Source: a virus | Length of the DNA stretch: 64,000 bases | IMG/VR virus record: IMGVR_UViG_3300027896_000001 | Coordinates: 64,001 to 128,000 of that record | Strand: one strand, 5' to 3' | In this document: positions 30,474 to 39,705 of the stretch, piece by piece | How positions within the stretch are numbered: the first letter of the stretch is position 1 | Layout of the letters: each line of letters starts with the position of its first letter | Made by a program: the position numbers and the translations under genes | The notes under the pieces: model-generated | Told to the model about the DNA's origin: nothing | Seen by the model: only the letters and a program-made list of their open reading frames with translations | The model's database searches: none

Positions 30474-30600
30474 TGGCAAAGCATCGGGAATCGAACCCGC
30501 TTCTCTCGGCTTCCAAAGTAGCTAACTTTGGCATGGTTGAGCGAGGTACCATCGGACTACTCGCGAGACGTACCGACATTTATCCTCCCTGCTCCTGCCA
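30474..30600 (-). ncRNA. tRNA-like element (T-arm plus CCA), not a canonical tRNA
   Basis: Minus strand reads cgggTTCGATTcccg-atgctttg-CCA; 5' tggcaggagca can pair with the 3' end. Confidence 0.35.
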
Positions 30601-30625
30601 ACAGTATTGCACACAACTATACGCA

Positions 30626-30922
30626 TTACGGCGTAACTGGCGCATTATGGATTACGCCAGACTTTTTAGGGCCGGTCTTCAGTTTTGACCGCGGTTTCGA
30701 CTTCGGGCGCGGTTTCGGCTTTGAGCGCGATTTCGACTTATGGCGCGATTTCGACCTTGATTTTGATTTCGATTTTGATCTCTTTCTGCGTGGCGCCGAG
30801 TCGTCATCGTCTTCTTCATTACTTTTTTTCCTTGTTCTCATAAAGAAGAAAGTTCCCAACCCTCCTGCAAGAATACCGCCTGCAGCTGACAGACCCATCA
30901 ATACTTCTTTTCTTAAACCCAT
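30626..30922 (-). CDS. Small membrane protein with an Arg/Ser/Lys-rich tail
   Basis: Hydrophobic LMGLSAAGGILAGGLGTFFF, then (SK/SR/PK)n; AAAGGAGG 6 nt before the ATG at 30922. Confidence 0.75.
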   Translation of the reverse strand: MGLRKEVLMGLSAAGGILAGGLGTFFFMRTRKKSNEEDDDDSAPRRKRSKSKSKSRSKSRHKSKSRSKPKPRPKSKPRSKLKTGPKKSGVIHNAPVTP

Positions 30923-30928
30923 CGACAC

Positions 30929-31100
30929 CCTCCTTTTGGTTAAGAATTAAACTAGTGGCTTTATCGCCACATTTGTAATTTCAAAATGGCAGGGGAAAGG
31001 ACGGGTCTACTGACCCGCCCTTTCAGGGACCTGAGTTACCCTTAACCAAAAGGAGGTTTCAATAACTCAGATCTGCCCTATCCCCCTGAATTGAAATTCA
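30929..31100 (-). promoter_or_regulatory. Structured 5' leader with a 16-nt anti-Shine-Dalgarno
   Basis: 31041-31056 is the exact reverse complement of 30929-30944, which contains the RBS. Confidence 0.6.
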
Positions 31101-31198
31101 GAATTAAAGATCTTCAATATAGTTATTCCATAATTTACGTCAATATCACTTTGGTCTTTTATGTTGAAAAAGGCAAGTTATAAAGCTATATTTAGAAT

Positions 31199-32566
31199 AT
31201 GGAATATCAGTTATCAGTAGTGCCCCATATATGCAACGGTGTCATACACAACAAAATAAAAGACACCGAATTATACGAAGTAACTATACACGAGTCTCCA
31301 TTAGGTCCTCTTGCAAATCCAATTTACGCAACCGCTATTCATCCTTCAGGACTTCAAGGAAATTACAAACAAGGCGATTATGTAAAAACAATGATCCACT
31401 TCACATTCAGTGGTTCACAAAACAAAATTATAGGCGTAAAGGATGGATCATCTGTTCATATTCTCGGGCATTATAATGAAAAATCGTATCTGAACAAAAA
31501 AGTAGAAAATCCTCTTACAGCTTCCGGAGAAGATAAAACAACATTTTCAAATAAAAACAGCGGAGCAGGAATATCTGCCGGAGATAATGGAGAACTTAAA
31601 ACAGCATCTTCCGGGTCTGTTCATACGTTGCTTAAAGCTTTTGGATATGGATTAAATGAAGATATCCATCAAGTGTGGGCACAAAATCACAAAAGGGTAA
31701 TAGGAAATAATTCTCCATTTTATCTTTGCCTTGAACAGTTTGGAATGTACTCTGGCTCGGATGACGATGATAAATTATCGAAAACAACTGATGAAGACAA
31801 TCTTATTATTTTCCGAAGATTTGTAACACAAACGCAATCTCCGAATAATTGGATTTCCACATGTGAGGGAACATGCGCTCCTTTGGTTGGGCCCAATAAT
31901 GATTCTGATTTAATTGAAGTGTCTAAAGAAGTTCTTTTTTCTAAAATAGTAAATCATGGTGCTTCAAGGGCCACTATCGAAATGGGAGAACCTGGATCAT
32001 CGTTTATTAATTTAAGAATAGATGATGTTAAGCGTAATGAAGAGATTAGCTCCCATGCCGGGTCCCCGAATGCTACTCCGGCAAAATTAGGAAATCGATT
32101 TAAATTAACGATAAGTGATAAGGGCGCAGTAGATATTAAAGCTTCCGGAGAAGGAACTCCATTTAATAATAAAGACGGTTTTCATCTCAGTATTAGCGAA
32201 ACAGGAGAATTAAAAATACATAGCAAGGGTAAGATAAGTATTTCTCATGGAGATAATGATGAATCAAAAAATTCAATAGTTCTTGATCCTAAAAAAGGAA
32301 TTGATATTACAGCAAAAAAAGGATTCAGGGTAAACGGACTTGAATTAGTTACAAAAAAGTTTATCGACTGGATGAATGAAAATAAAAAAATGTTATGTCA
32401 AGTAACCTCAATAGGAGGTCCAGCTCCAATTCATCCTACTGCAATCCCAGGTTTTACACAAGGCGTCGCGTCAATGAACGACAACAATGGGTTTACAACA
32501 AAAAATGAAGGCGCGGAAGCGTCAGGAGAAATAAAAGATAAAGATGATACATTTCATTCTATTTAA
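31199..32566 (+). CDS. Putative baseplate spike/hub (gp5/GpV-like)
   Basis: N-terminal OB-like segment (YKQGDYV..ILG); repetitive beta-strand C-terminus; next to the NlpC/P60 gene. Confidence 0.4.
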   Translation: MEYQLSVVPHICNGVIHNKIKDTELYEVTIHESPLGPLANPIYATAIHPSGLQGNYKQGDYVKTMIHFTFSGSQNKIIGVKDGSSVHILGHYNEKSYLNKKVENPLTASGEDKTTFSNKNSGAGISAGDNGELKTASSGSVHTLLKAFGYGLNEDIHQVWAQNHKRVIGNNSPFYLCLEQFGMYSGSDDDDKLSKTTDEDNLIIFRRFVTQTQSPNNWISTCEGTCAPLVGPNNDSDLIEVSKEVLFSKIVNHGASRATIEMGEPGSSFINLRIDDVKRNEEISSHAGSPNATPAKLGNRFKLTISDKGAVDIKASGEGTPFNNKDGFHLSISETGELKIHSKGKISISHGDNDESKNSIVLDPKKGIDITAKKGFRVNGLELVTKKFIDWMNENKKMLCQVTSIGGPAPIHPTAIPGFTQGVASMNDNNGFTTKNEGAEASGEIKDKDDTFHSI

Positions 32567-32581
32567 TAAAAGGAGGGTGAT

Positions 32582-33238
32582 ATGAAACCCGTTTTTATCG
32601 ATCGTGAAAAGTTGATGGATTTTGATATTTTCGGGACCACGTCGTTTGGCTTTCTTGGCGGACTTATCAGGTTTGTAACATGGGGTATACCTGGTCTTGG
32701 AAATATGAAAGACGCCTCTCATACAGGGTTTATTGTGAAATACAACGGGGTCTGGTGTGCCTGTCAGATGATGGGAACACAAGAAGTGCTTCGTTATGTT
32801 TCAGGAGTTTTAAAAAAAGTAATAGAACCGGACGAATGGGCTATATTACCGCATGAGCAGCAAACCACTTACAAACCGGTTATGCTGAAAAACGGTCTTC
32901 AAATGGACCCTCTTTCAATGTATGAAAATGATATTTTTAAACCTCATTTTGTCTTTGTTGGAAGGCACCCGGACATGACAAATGAAAAAAGAAAAAAAGC
33001 AATGGAGTATATTCAACAAAAACTGGATAACGGAATTCCATATGACATTGAAGAACTTGTAGGTTTTCCATTCGGAAAAGATAAAAATAAAGTCGCCGAC
33101 ATCTGTTCACGTCTTGTTTATAAAGTCCTCGATTTCCTAGGATTCGCTCAACCTGCTCCTTGGAGAGATAAGGTTGCGCCGGCTGATTATCAAAAGTGGT
33201 ACGTACTAAAGCTAATTGATTGGAAATTGAGTATATAA
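32582..33238 (+). CDS. Permuted NlpC/P60 papain-like enzyme (YiiX/YebB type)
   Basis: His (SHTG) precedes PYD and Cys (ICSRLV). Confidence 0.7.
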   Translation: MKPVFIDREKLMDFDIFGTTSFGFLGGLIRFVTWGIPGLGNMKDASHTGFIVKYNGVWCACQMMGTQEVLRYVSGVLKKVIEPDEWAILPHEQQTTYKPVMLKNGLQMDPLSMYENDIFKPHFVFVGRHPDMTNEKRKKAMEYIQQKLDNGIPYDIEELVGFPFGKDKNKVADICSRLVYKVLDFLGFAQPAPWRDKVAPADYQKWYVLKLIDWKLSI

Positions 33239-33532
33239 TTTATTAACCCCAAAGATTACCACCGCCGTTCAAGCGATGGAATCATCAGCCGGGGTGTCCC
33301 CGTACTGGTGTTATTTTTCTTTGCAGTTACAGCCGCCCGCTTACTTTGTCACTCGTCGGCCTGTAAACCTTCAAGTGTTTTCCCGCCTCGCGCGCCTACT
33401 TTGTAGGTTGGCTTATTAAGACAGGGGTTGCGGTAATTAGTATCATCCGCATCTATGTCGGACGATAGACATACGAACGGCACTTCAGGCGCTAACCCTC
33501 CATACCATTCAATCTTTGGGGTTAATAAATTA
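33236..33532 (-). ncRNA. Unclassified structured ncRNA closed by a perfect 22-bp stem
   Basis: IR 33236-33257 / 33511-33532; GC-rich interior; promoter-like motif at 33537-33551. Confidence 0.6.
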
Positions 33533-33647
33533 CATCAATATAGTTATACCATAAAATGGTCATTTATCACAAGTGATATTAACTTATTTGTTTAGTGATT
33601 TTTTTTGAAGTATATTGTATTATATAATATATCAGGAGGGATTGAAA

Positions 33648-33932
33648 ATGCCTCAAATAAGATATACAAAATCTTTGCTTGGGCTTTCTATTAAAAATGA
33701 GGTAAAACAATTTATTCTTGATAATGCTAATAATTTAAAAAATGATAAAGAAATTACCACAGAGCAATCGGCTGAAATGCTTTCAGACGCAATTTGTTTT
33801 GCCATTTCAAAAGCTTTATCATCAAAATCAGTTTCGGCGGCATTTGCTGTAGGACTTGGGCCACAATCAGCAGGCGCTTTAATTTATACGACTCCGGCAG
33901 TTGGGTTGCAATTTCAAACAATTGAATTATAA
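33648..33932 (+). CDS. Hypothetical (probably virion) protein
   Basis: AGGAGG RBS before MPQIRY. Confidence 0.6.
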   Translation: MPQIRYTKSLLGLSIKNEVKQFILDNANNLKNDKEITTEQSAEMLSDAICFAISKALSSKSVSAAFAVGLGPQSAGALIYTTPAVGLQFQTIEL

Positions 33933-33965
33933 TTTCAACACGATATTTTAACAAAGGACATCCCT

Positions 33966-36194
33966 ATGATAAAACTTTCAGACGCAGTCATTCAAAAGCC
34001 TTCATTCGTTAAAACAGCGGATTATGAATTGTCAAAAGACGTCTCCGAATGGAATGAACAGATCCTGAAAAATTTTTACGAGGAAGTAAATTACCTTCCA
34101 AAAGAAATCGGGGTTAACGTCGTCATAAAGGATGTCGATGAAAATAATGGATACGCAAAAGGAAGCATTATTGTTTTCTTTAATGGAAAACAGATAAACT
34201 TTCCAATCATTGTTAAAGAATACAAACTCAGTCCATTCGATGTTTTCGTAAAAAAAGAAGGCACGAAAGACATCTATTACCCTGCGTCTGAAGAAAATAT
34301 TAAAAAGTCTTTGATGGCCGACCAGATAGCAACTCTTGAAAATCGCTGGGACCAAGCGCGCGGATATCAGCTCATTAAATCTCCTGGCGGAATCATGCCC
34401 AAGCAATCAGTAAACCTATACGATGCTCCTGAAGAATCGATTTATCCTCCGTTTGCAAAAATGTCCAGATGGCCATTTCTCGCACACAAAGAAGATCTTG
34501 AAAAATTCGGCGCAACGCTTGGTAACTGGCCTGAAATCGCATCTTCTTTTCATGATAATACAGGAGACCTGGTTACCAGAATTGTTGAACTTAAAGACTC
34601 TCAACGCGAAGAAGTCATGCGTAAAGACCACCGCCAGGGTATAATCGATCTTGGGAACGTTATCAACGCGAAGCAGGCGTTGACAGCTCTAGATTCAGAA
34701 CTCATTGATACTACCAAACTCGTTCCTTTGGAACCACCATGCGTGGCAGAAGTGCGTTTATACGAATATCCTTCAATGGAAGATTTCATTGGCAGCGGAG
34801 ACAGTGCATCAGAAAGATTCATAGCATCTAAGGTTGGAAAACCAATAACAGGAATCCTTCTTGATCTTGTTGATCGCGACAAATTTTCAAACGATTGTTG
34901 TGTGCCATGCTCTGTTACCAGCTCCACAGCGACAGAAGAGGAAAAACTGAAAGCTGTGAGAAATCGCAGAGATCAAATCTTTTTCTCTCTCTGTGGAAAA
35001 TTCTACAGTGAATTCAGCGATTATAATAAAACCGGAATAGGGTTCTACGGAACCAGTATGCTCAATATGCCGGAAGCTGTTGAAAAAGCGGTCGGAATGC
35101 TCGCCCTTGTCACAACAGATGATTTTGTCAATACCAATCCGCAAAACGCCAATGATGGTTCAGACAAACTTTTTGCCGCTTTCAATACTCTTGATCAGGG
35201 TCATAGTGACCACGGGGACGGCGGCCGGATGCTCGAGAACTCCAGATACGGAAGCACCTATGATAAAGGCGTCTTTATTGTATACGGCGCCGGCACTTCT
35301 TATGAATGTGTGCGAATAGATGGTATTTTCAAAAAATACCTTGTAAATGATTCGCACGTTTATGTATCTCCGGAAGTGGTTATTATTCCTGCGAACATTG
35401 CTTCTGTTCAGAAAGTCTGTTCCGTGAAAGACCCTGTTTATAAAATGATTGTCGGAAAAGCAAAAAATATTTATCTCATTCCGGAATCTTCATTAGTAAT
35501 AAACAGGCAGTTTCTGAAATCTCTTAACGAGAGGGATTTCATGCGCCCAGATCTTTCTGTTCAGCAGACATACGAAAAGGCGAATATTACAAAGGTTGCT
35601 CTTTATATCGCATCTGACGGAAAAAATATCGGTTATAAAATCGAAGGGAAACCTTTCGAGTCATTGAAAAAAATAGCCAATCTTAACGGACAAATGCTCA
35701 ATACGATAGAAACAAAGGCCGCTTTAAGAGTCATGGGAATGAGTAAAACAGCAAGTGAAAAAGCCATGGCTTGCGCATTGAATAAATTCAGCGATTATAA
35801 CCAGAAAGATAAAAATGTTTTTATCTGGGGAGTAAACAGCGACTATATCAATCCGAACGTATTCGAAGGGCAAGAAAAAATAGCACTGGTTAAATCAGTC
35901 CTTAAAGAAATCGCTTACAATTTAAGGCGCGATCTTACTAAGGAAGCAAGCGTTCTAACGGACCCGAATGCTGTAGATGTCGTGCTTTCACTTAATTTCA
36001 TCAATGAGGAAAGTCTGGGTAATTACATAGACAGCGTTGATGATATGAAGAAAGTTTTATCCGACCTGTCTCAAATTCTTGTAGCATCAAGAATGGGACT
36101 TTCAGACATTGATGAAACAGCTGTGAAAAATGCAATCAAAGGCTTGTCAGAAGTAATCAATGGTCTTGAAAATGTAAAAATGGCAGTCAGATAA
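33966..36194 (+). CDS. Large putative virion protein
   Basis: 742 aa; recurrent KTA/KVA/KIA/KEA motif shared with head genes. Confidence 0.65.
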   Translation: MIKLSDAVIQKPSFVKTADYELSKDVSEWNEQILKNFYEEVNYLPKEIGVNVVIKDVDENNGYAKGSIIVFFNGKQINFPIIVKEYKLSPFDVFVKKEGTKDIYYPASEENIKKSLMADQIATLENRWDQARGYQLIKSPGGIMPKQSVNLYDAPEESIYPPFAKMSRWPFLAHKEDLEKFGATLGNWPEIASSFHDNTGDLVTRIVELKDSQREEVMRKDHRQGIIDLGNVINAKQALTALDSELIDTTKLVPLEPPCVAEVRLYEYPSMEDFIGSGDSASERFIASKVGKPITGILLDLVDRDKFSNDCCVPCSVTSSTATEEEKLKAVRNRRDQIFFSLCGKFYSEFSDYNKTGIGFYGTSMLNMPEAVEKAVGMLALVTTDDFVNTNPQNANDGSDKLFAAFNTLDQGHSDHGDGGRMLENSRYGSTYDKGVFIVYGAGTSYECVRIDGIFKKYLVNDSHVYVSPEVVIIPANIASVQKVCSVKDPVYKMIVGKAKNIYLIPESSLVINRQFLKSLNERDFMRPDLSVQQTYEKANITKVALYIASDGKNIGYKIEGKPFESLKKIANLNGQMLNTIETKAALRVMGMSKTASEKAMACALNKFSDYNQKDKNVFIWGVNSDYINPNVFEGQEKIALVKSVLKEIAYNLRRDLTKEASVLTDPNAVDVVLSLNFINEESLGNYIDSVDDMKKVLSDLSQILVASRMGLSDIDETAVKNAIKGLSEVINGLENVKMAVR

Positions 36195-36197
36195 AAA

Positions 36198-36446
36198 ATG
36201 CTTGGAATCAAAAGTGAATACTTTGAAAAAACGGCAAGAGAGATCCCTGAACCGTTGAAACGTTTATTGTCAAAAGTCAGAGACGATGCCAAGGATACAT
36301 ACGACTTGGTTACCAAGCTTCCGGGAAATGACACATTTGTAAGCCAGAATCTTATTTTTTATACTCCGCATATTCAAGTAGCAAAAATTAAAGAAAAACA
36401 AAATGGAAAAAAAAGAAAAATAGGAGTGTTTAAATTCGGAGAATAA
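36198..36446 (+). CDS. Hypothetical protein
   Basis: Directly follows the upstream stop; contains FEKTA. Confidence 0.5.
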   Translation: MLGIKSEYFEKTAREIPEPLKRLLSKVRDDAKDTYDLVTKLPGNDTFVSQNLIFYTPHIQVAKIKEKQNGKKRKIGVFKFGE

Positions 36447-36532
36447 TATTATAATTAGGTACATCGGTAGTACCTCCTTGGTTAAGGTGGGAAGACGGCT
36501 CTAGAACATCAGAGCCGTTTTCTTTTAATGGC

Positions 36533-36568
36533 TAAAAAAAAAGAGCCTCCTGGGTCGGAGGAGGCTCT
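36533..36568 (-). terminator. Intrinsic terminator of the RT operon
   Basis: agagcctcct/aggaggctct stem followed by a long T-run on the minus strand. Confidence 0.85.
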
Positions 36569-36573
36569 ACAAA

Positions 36574-36798
36574 CCAGTTAACACTACGGAACAGAACCTG
36601 ACTGGGGTCGGGGGCCAGGAAGGTTCTCACCTGACTGGCCCCGCCACACGGAAGCGTAAGCTTATCGTGTGGACAGGCAGACGACTTGACGCGCGTCGCG
36701 AGCCGGAAAGGTAAGCGAGCGACGTCAGCCGTCAATGATCATCCAGCGCGGAACACGCTGGTTGAGAGTATTTTATCTCTCCTTCCGCAATTAACTGG
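36574..36798 (-). ncRNA. Retron-like cassette G, RT-proximal (225 nt)
   Basis: Stem ccagttaa-ttgcggaa / ttccgtag-(tg)-ttaactgg; G at 36782 opposite G at 36592; TGTTCCG hairpin at 36743-36761. Confidence 0.7.
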
Positions 36799-37021
36799 CA
36801 GGATTTTGATCGGGATTTTTATGAAGCTGTTTTACGACTTTTTTTATTTTTTTAATTTTTTTTCTCGTGTTTTTTTTTGTTTTATGATTTTTTCTTATTC
36901 GTTTGATTGTTTCGGAGACATACGGAAATATCGCTTTCGCAAAATTTGCCGTAATGTCAACTATAATGTTGAATGCTGGCGATCTTTTATTTAGAATCGC
37001 CTTTGATTCAGGCTCGTTCAT
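36791..37021 (-). CDS. Small Lys-rich protein in the RT operon
   Basis: Overlaps the RNase H stop (ATGA); highly basic C-terminal half. Confidence 0.6.
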   Translation of the reverse strand: MNEPESKAILNKRSPAFNIIVDITANFAKAIFPYVSETIKRIRKNHKTKKNTRKKIKKIKKVVKQLHKNPDQNPAS

Positions 37022-37518
37022 AAAACAGCCCTTTCTTTTGGTTGGTTTGTGAGAAGGTCTCTTAGAGACTCATCCACATGAATATTGAATTTGCATGTGG
37101 AATGTCCTTTGACCCATTGGAATTTGAAGCTCTTGAACTCGGGGGTTAACCTGCAAAGCTCCTTCCAAAGGTCAGAATTAATAACACCTCCTCCTGATGA
37201 TTTTCTCCAACCATTCCTTTTCCATTCCTCTGAATATTCGGTAAAATTATCGGACACGTAACGCGAATCGGTAATAACAATACAATTATTATTCGACGCT
37301 CCGTCATAACTTTCTTTTAGAAGTTTTATTAAATCTTTCAACCCTTCAATTACAGCAGTCAATTCCATACGATTATTGGTTGTATTTGTCACTATATCTC
37401 TTTTACTCGAAATTTCATTTTTTGCCGGATCAAGAATTATATAAGCCCATGCGCCATTACATCCAGCGTTTCGTTTGTTTCCCGAACAACCGCCGTCTGT
37501 ATATATTGAAAACTCCAT
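37018..37518 (-). CDS. rnhA: Ribonuclease HI
   Basis: IYTDGGC, TNNRMELTA, TDSRYV, WKRNGW, NSDLW, WVKGH, N..VD. Confidence 0.95.
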   Translation of the reverse strand: MEFSIYTDGGCSGNKRNAGCNGAWAYIILDPAKNEISSKRDIVTNTTNNRMELTAVIEGLKDLIKLLKESYDGASNNNCIVITDSRYVSDNFTEYSEEWKRNGWRKSSGGGVINSDLWKELCRLTPEFKSFKFQWVKGHSTCKFNIHVDESLRDLLTNQPKERAVL

Positions 37519-38585
37519 TATGCTGCGGCCGTTCTAGGGAATTTTTTATTTTCGAATTCCGTTAGTTGGCGCATGTATTTGTTTCCTTTTTCAGGATTTA
37601 CCGACATCAAAAACGATGCCCACCCCTTTAAACATCTTATTCTTGATTTTGTCGTATGATCAGGGAATTTGTATATTGCATGATGAACTTTCGCCCTGAA
37701 TTTTTTGAACAGACTTTTCTGAACATTGGGATTCTTGTTTATAACTACGCCGCATATTTTAAGCCTCGAGCCTTTTCCTCGGTATCTTGTTTTTTCTCTT
37801 TTGGGAGAAAATTTGAACGCCCATAACAATGCGTACGCTTTCTTTTTTGTTTTTTCCATTAATTCCAATGGTGATAATGTGGGACTGCTAAACGCCAGAT
37901 CGTCTGCATATCTGGTATACGTTATCCCGTGTTGTTTGCAATGTTCGGTCATTGCTATGTCAAAACCGCGCATCACTATATTCGCAAGCATGGGAGATGT
38001 GGGGAAGCCTTGGGCCGTAAACCCATTATATGTACAGGCTTCTATTACTCTTTTAAAAAGAGATTGATAACCAGTTTCGTCACAATAATTTGGTATGAAA
38101 ATTGCTTTTATTTCTTCGCATTTATATTCGAAATTTACAACCTTATTTTTATATAATGACGGATGGCATTTTCCATCAAGCATTCTTGTGTATTTACTGC
38201 AATATCGGCAAATATTTTTATTGCCGAACAAACAGTTTTTCAGATGGTCAACCGATATCGAATCAAAAAAACTTTTGATGTCTACTTTTCCTAAAGATAT
38301 ACATCTTAAATGTTGTGTAGCATTGGTTACTATTCCTCTTTTAGGAACAAACCCGTGCGCAGCTTCATGATATGAATATCTTTTTAGGAATCTGAAATAA
38401 ACGAATTTTTGGATATGTTTTAAATCATCATCAGGGGCTATAACAACTCTTTCGGATCCGTCTTTTTTGGGAATTGTAAAACGATGAATATGCCTTTCTT
38501 TGTCATTAAGAATGGCATCGACCTCTTCTCTCGTTTTCCCAAAAATCATTTTAAAATCAAAGTTGCTTGTCCTTTCCGGCTCCAT
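37518..38585 (-). CDS. Retron-type reverse transcriptase with a Cys-rich insertion
   Basis: IPKKDGSER, AHGF, region X NATQH (NAxxH), DIKSFF, QGFPTSP, YTRYADD, region-Y-like ICGVVIN. Confidence 0.92.
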   Translation of the reverse strand: MEPERTSNFDFKMIFGKTREEVDAILNDKERHIHRFTIPKKDGSERVVIAPDDDLKHIQKFVYFRFLKRYSYHEAAHGFVPKRGIVTNATQHLRCISLGKVDIKSFFDSISVDHLKNCLFGNKNICRYCSKYTRMLDGKCHPSLYKNKVVNFEYKCEEIKAIFIPNYCDETGYQSLFKRVIEACTYNGFTAQGFPTSPMLANIVMRGFDIAMTEHCKQHGITYTRYADDLAFSSPTLSPLELMEKTKKKAYALLWAFKFSPKREKTRYRGKGSRLKICGVVINKNPNVQKSLFKKFRAKVHHAIYKFPDHTTKSRIRCLKGWASFLMSVNPEKGNKYMRQLTEFENKKFPRTAAA

Positions 38586-39669
38586 CAACTACCTCCTGTT
38601 GGCCTGGTTTGATTGTTTTAACAGCATCTTTTCTTGCTTGATTAATGTCTTTTGCCGATCCTGTTTTAATCAGTTCATCTGCTTTTTTCTCGACCGGATC
38701 GGTTGGATCTACTGCATATTTTTCCATAGGTTCGATCTCCTCTTCTTGGTTTAATATTTTTGACATATCTTCTACAAATCTATCAAGCAATTGATCTTTT
38801 ACTATTCCGGCGCCTACGTTATAATGACCGCCGCCACTTACTAAATAATCAAAACTTGAGAATGTTTTTCCTATATTTATTTCATTTGCTTCTTTTTGCC
38901 ATTGATTATAACCAACTTCTACATAAACATTATTGTTACCAATAGGTGTTATTCTTAATATGTATTTAATGTTCGGAAATATTAATAATTCGGCATATCT
39001 TGGAAATTGTCCTTTTCTTCGTTGGTTTACTATCGACATTTTTTTCGCCAGGACAATAGAGTTTTTTATCTGCAATGCACTTTTTTCAAGCTCTCTCACA
39101 TAGTATGGACCTATCCTTAAAATATAGATAGCCTCTTTAATATCAAGTTTTGTTTTTTCAAGAACTTCTACTATTCTACAATAAGTCATTTCGTTTGGAA
39201 AAGCTCTTTCGATATAAGCTCTTAATATCATCATAGGGCTTTTATCCATAAAAATCTGATTAATGTTTTTATAGGAAGCCGAATCAATCATATCCACAAG
39301 CGATATGAACGACTGGTCATAATCGAAAGTATCATTTAATCTTATAGTATGCACAAGCCTTGCCGCTGAAGGGCTTTTTGGATTATAGATTATTTTATTA
39401 TTCTTGATTTCGCACTCACCAAAGTCGGGATTAAAATGATGATCAACCCATAAATCAGCGTCTTTATGATATTGAAAATCTAGGATAATTTTAAAATCAC
39501 CTTTTTTTTTAATGATACTGGGGAAAAAAATATTAAATTTAGAACCTCTCCATGACGACGATACAGGATATAACCTGTATCTTCCGCGAACAACATTATG
39601 AAGATATAAGGATGCAGAAATAATACCATCTATATCGTCGTGGAAAAAGACATGTTGCGTTCCGTTCAT
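38557..39669 (-). CDS. DHH/DHHA1 phosphoesterase (NrnA/RecJ superfamily)
   Basis: HDDIDG, LDF, VDHH, SAA, GGGH motifs; start MNGTQ after AGGAGG; overlaps the RT start. Confidence 0.85.
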   Translation of the reverse strand: MNGTQHVFFHDDIDGIISASLYLHNVVRGRYRLYPVSSSWRGSKFNIFFPSIIKKKGDFKIILDFQYHKDADLWVDHHFNPDFGECEIKNNKIIYNPKSPSAARLVHTIRLNDTFDYDQSFISLVDMIDSASYKNINQIFMDKSPMMILRAYIERAFPNEMTYCRIVEVLEKTKLDIKEAIYILRIGPYYVRELEKSALQIKNSIVLAKKMSIVNQRRKGQFPRYAELLIFPNIKYILRITPIGNNNVYVEVGYNQWQKEANEINIGKTFSSFDYLVSGGGHYNVGAGIVKDQLLDRFVEDMSKILNQEEEIEPMEKYAVDPTDPVEKKADELIKTGSAKDINQARKDAVKTIKPGQQEVVDGAGKDKQL

Positions 39670-39705
39670 TTTCCTCCTTAAGCAAACAGTTAAAATTCTT
39701 CTACT

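Noticed and set aside
30305-30600. Canonical tRNA or permuted tmRNA
   Set aside because: No proper D and anticodon arms; the possible acceptor stem lacks G3-U70 and is offset from the T-arm; no typical tag peptide.
33966-36194. Portal protein call
   Set aside because: Size is plausible but I recognise no portal motif; no portal gene was identified in this window.
37518-38585. Group II intron maturase
   Set aside because: Only 355 aa, no maturase domain X or domain V RNA seen, and the flanking genes are intact and coupled.
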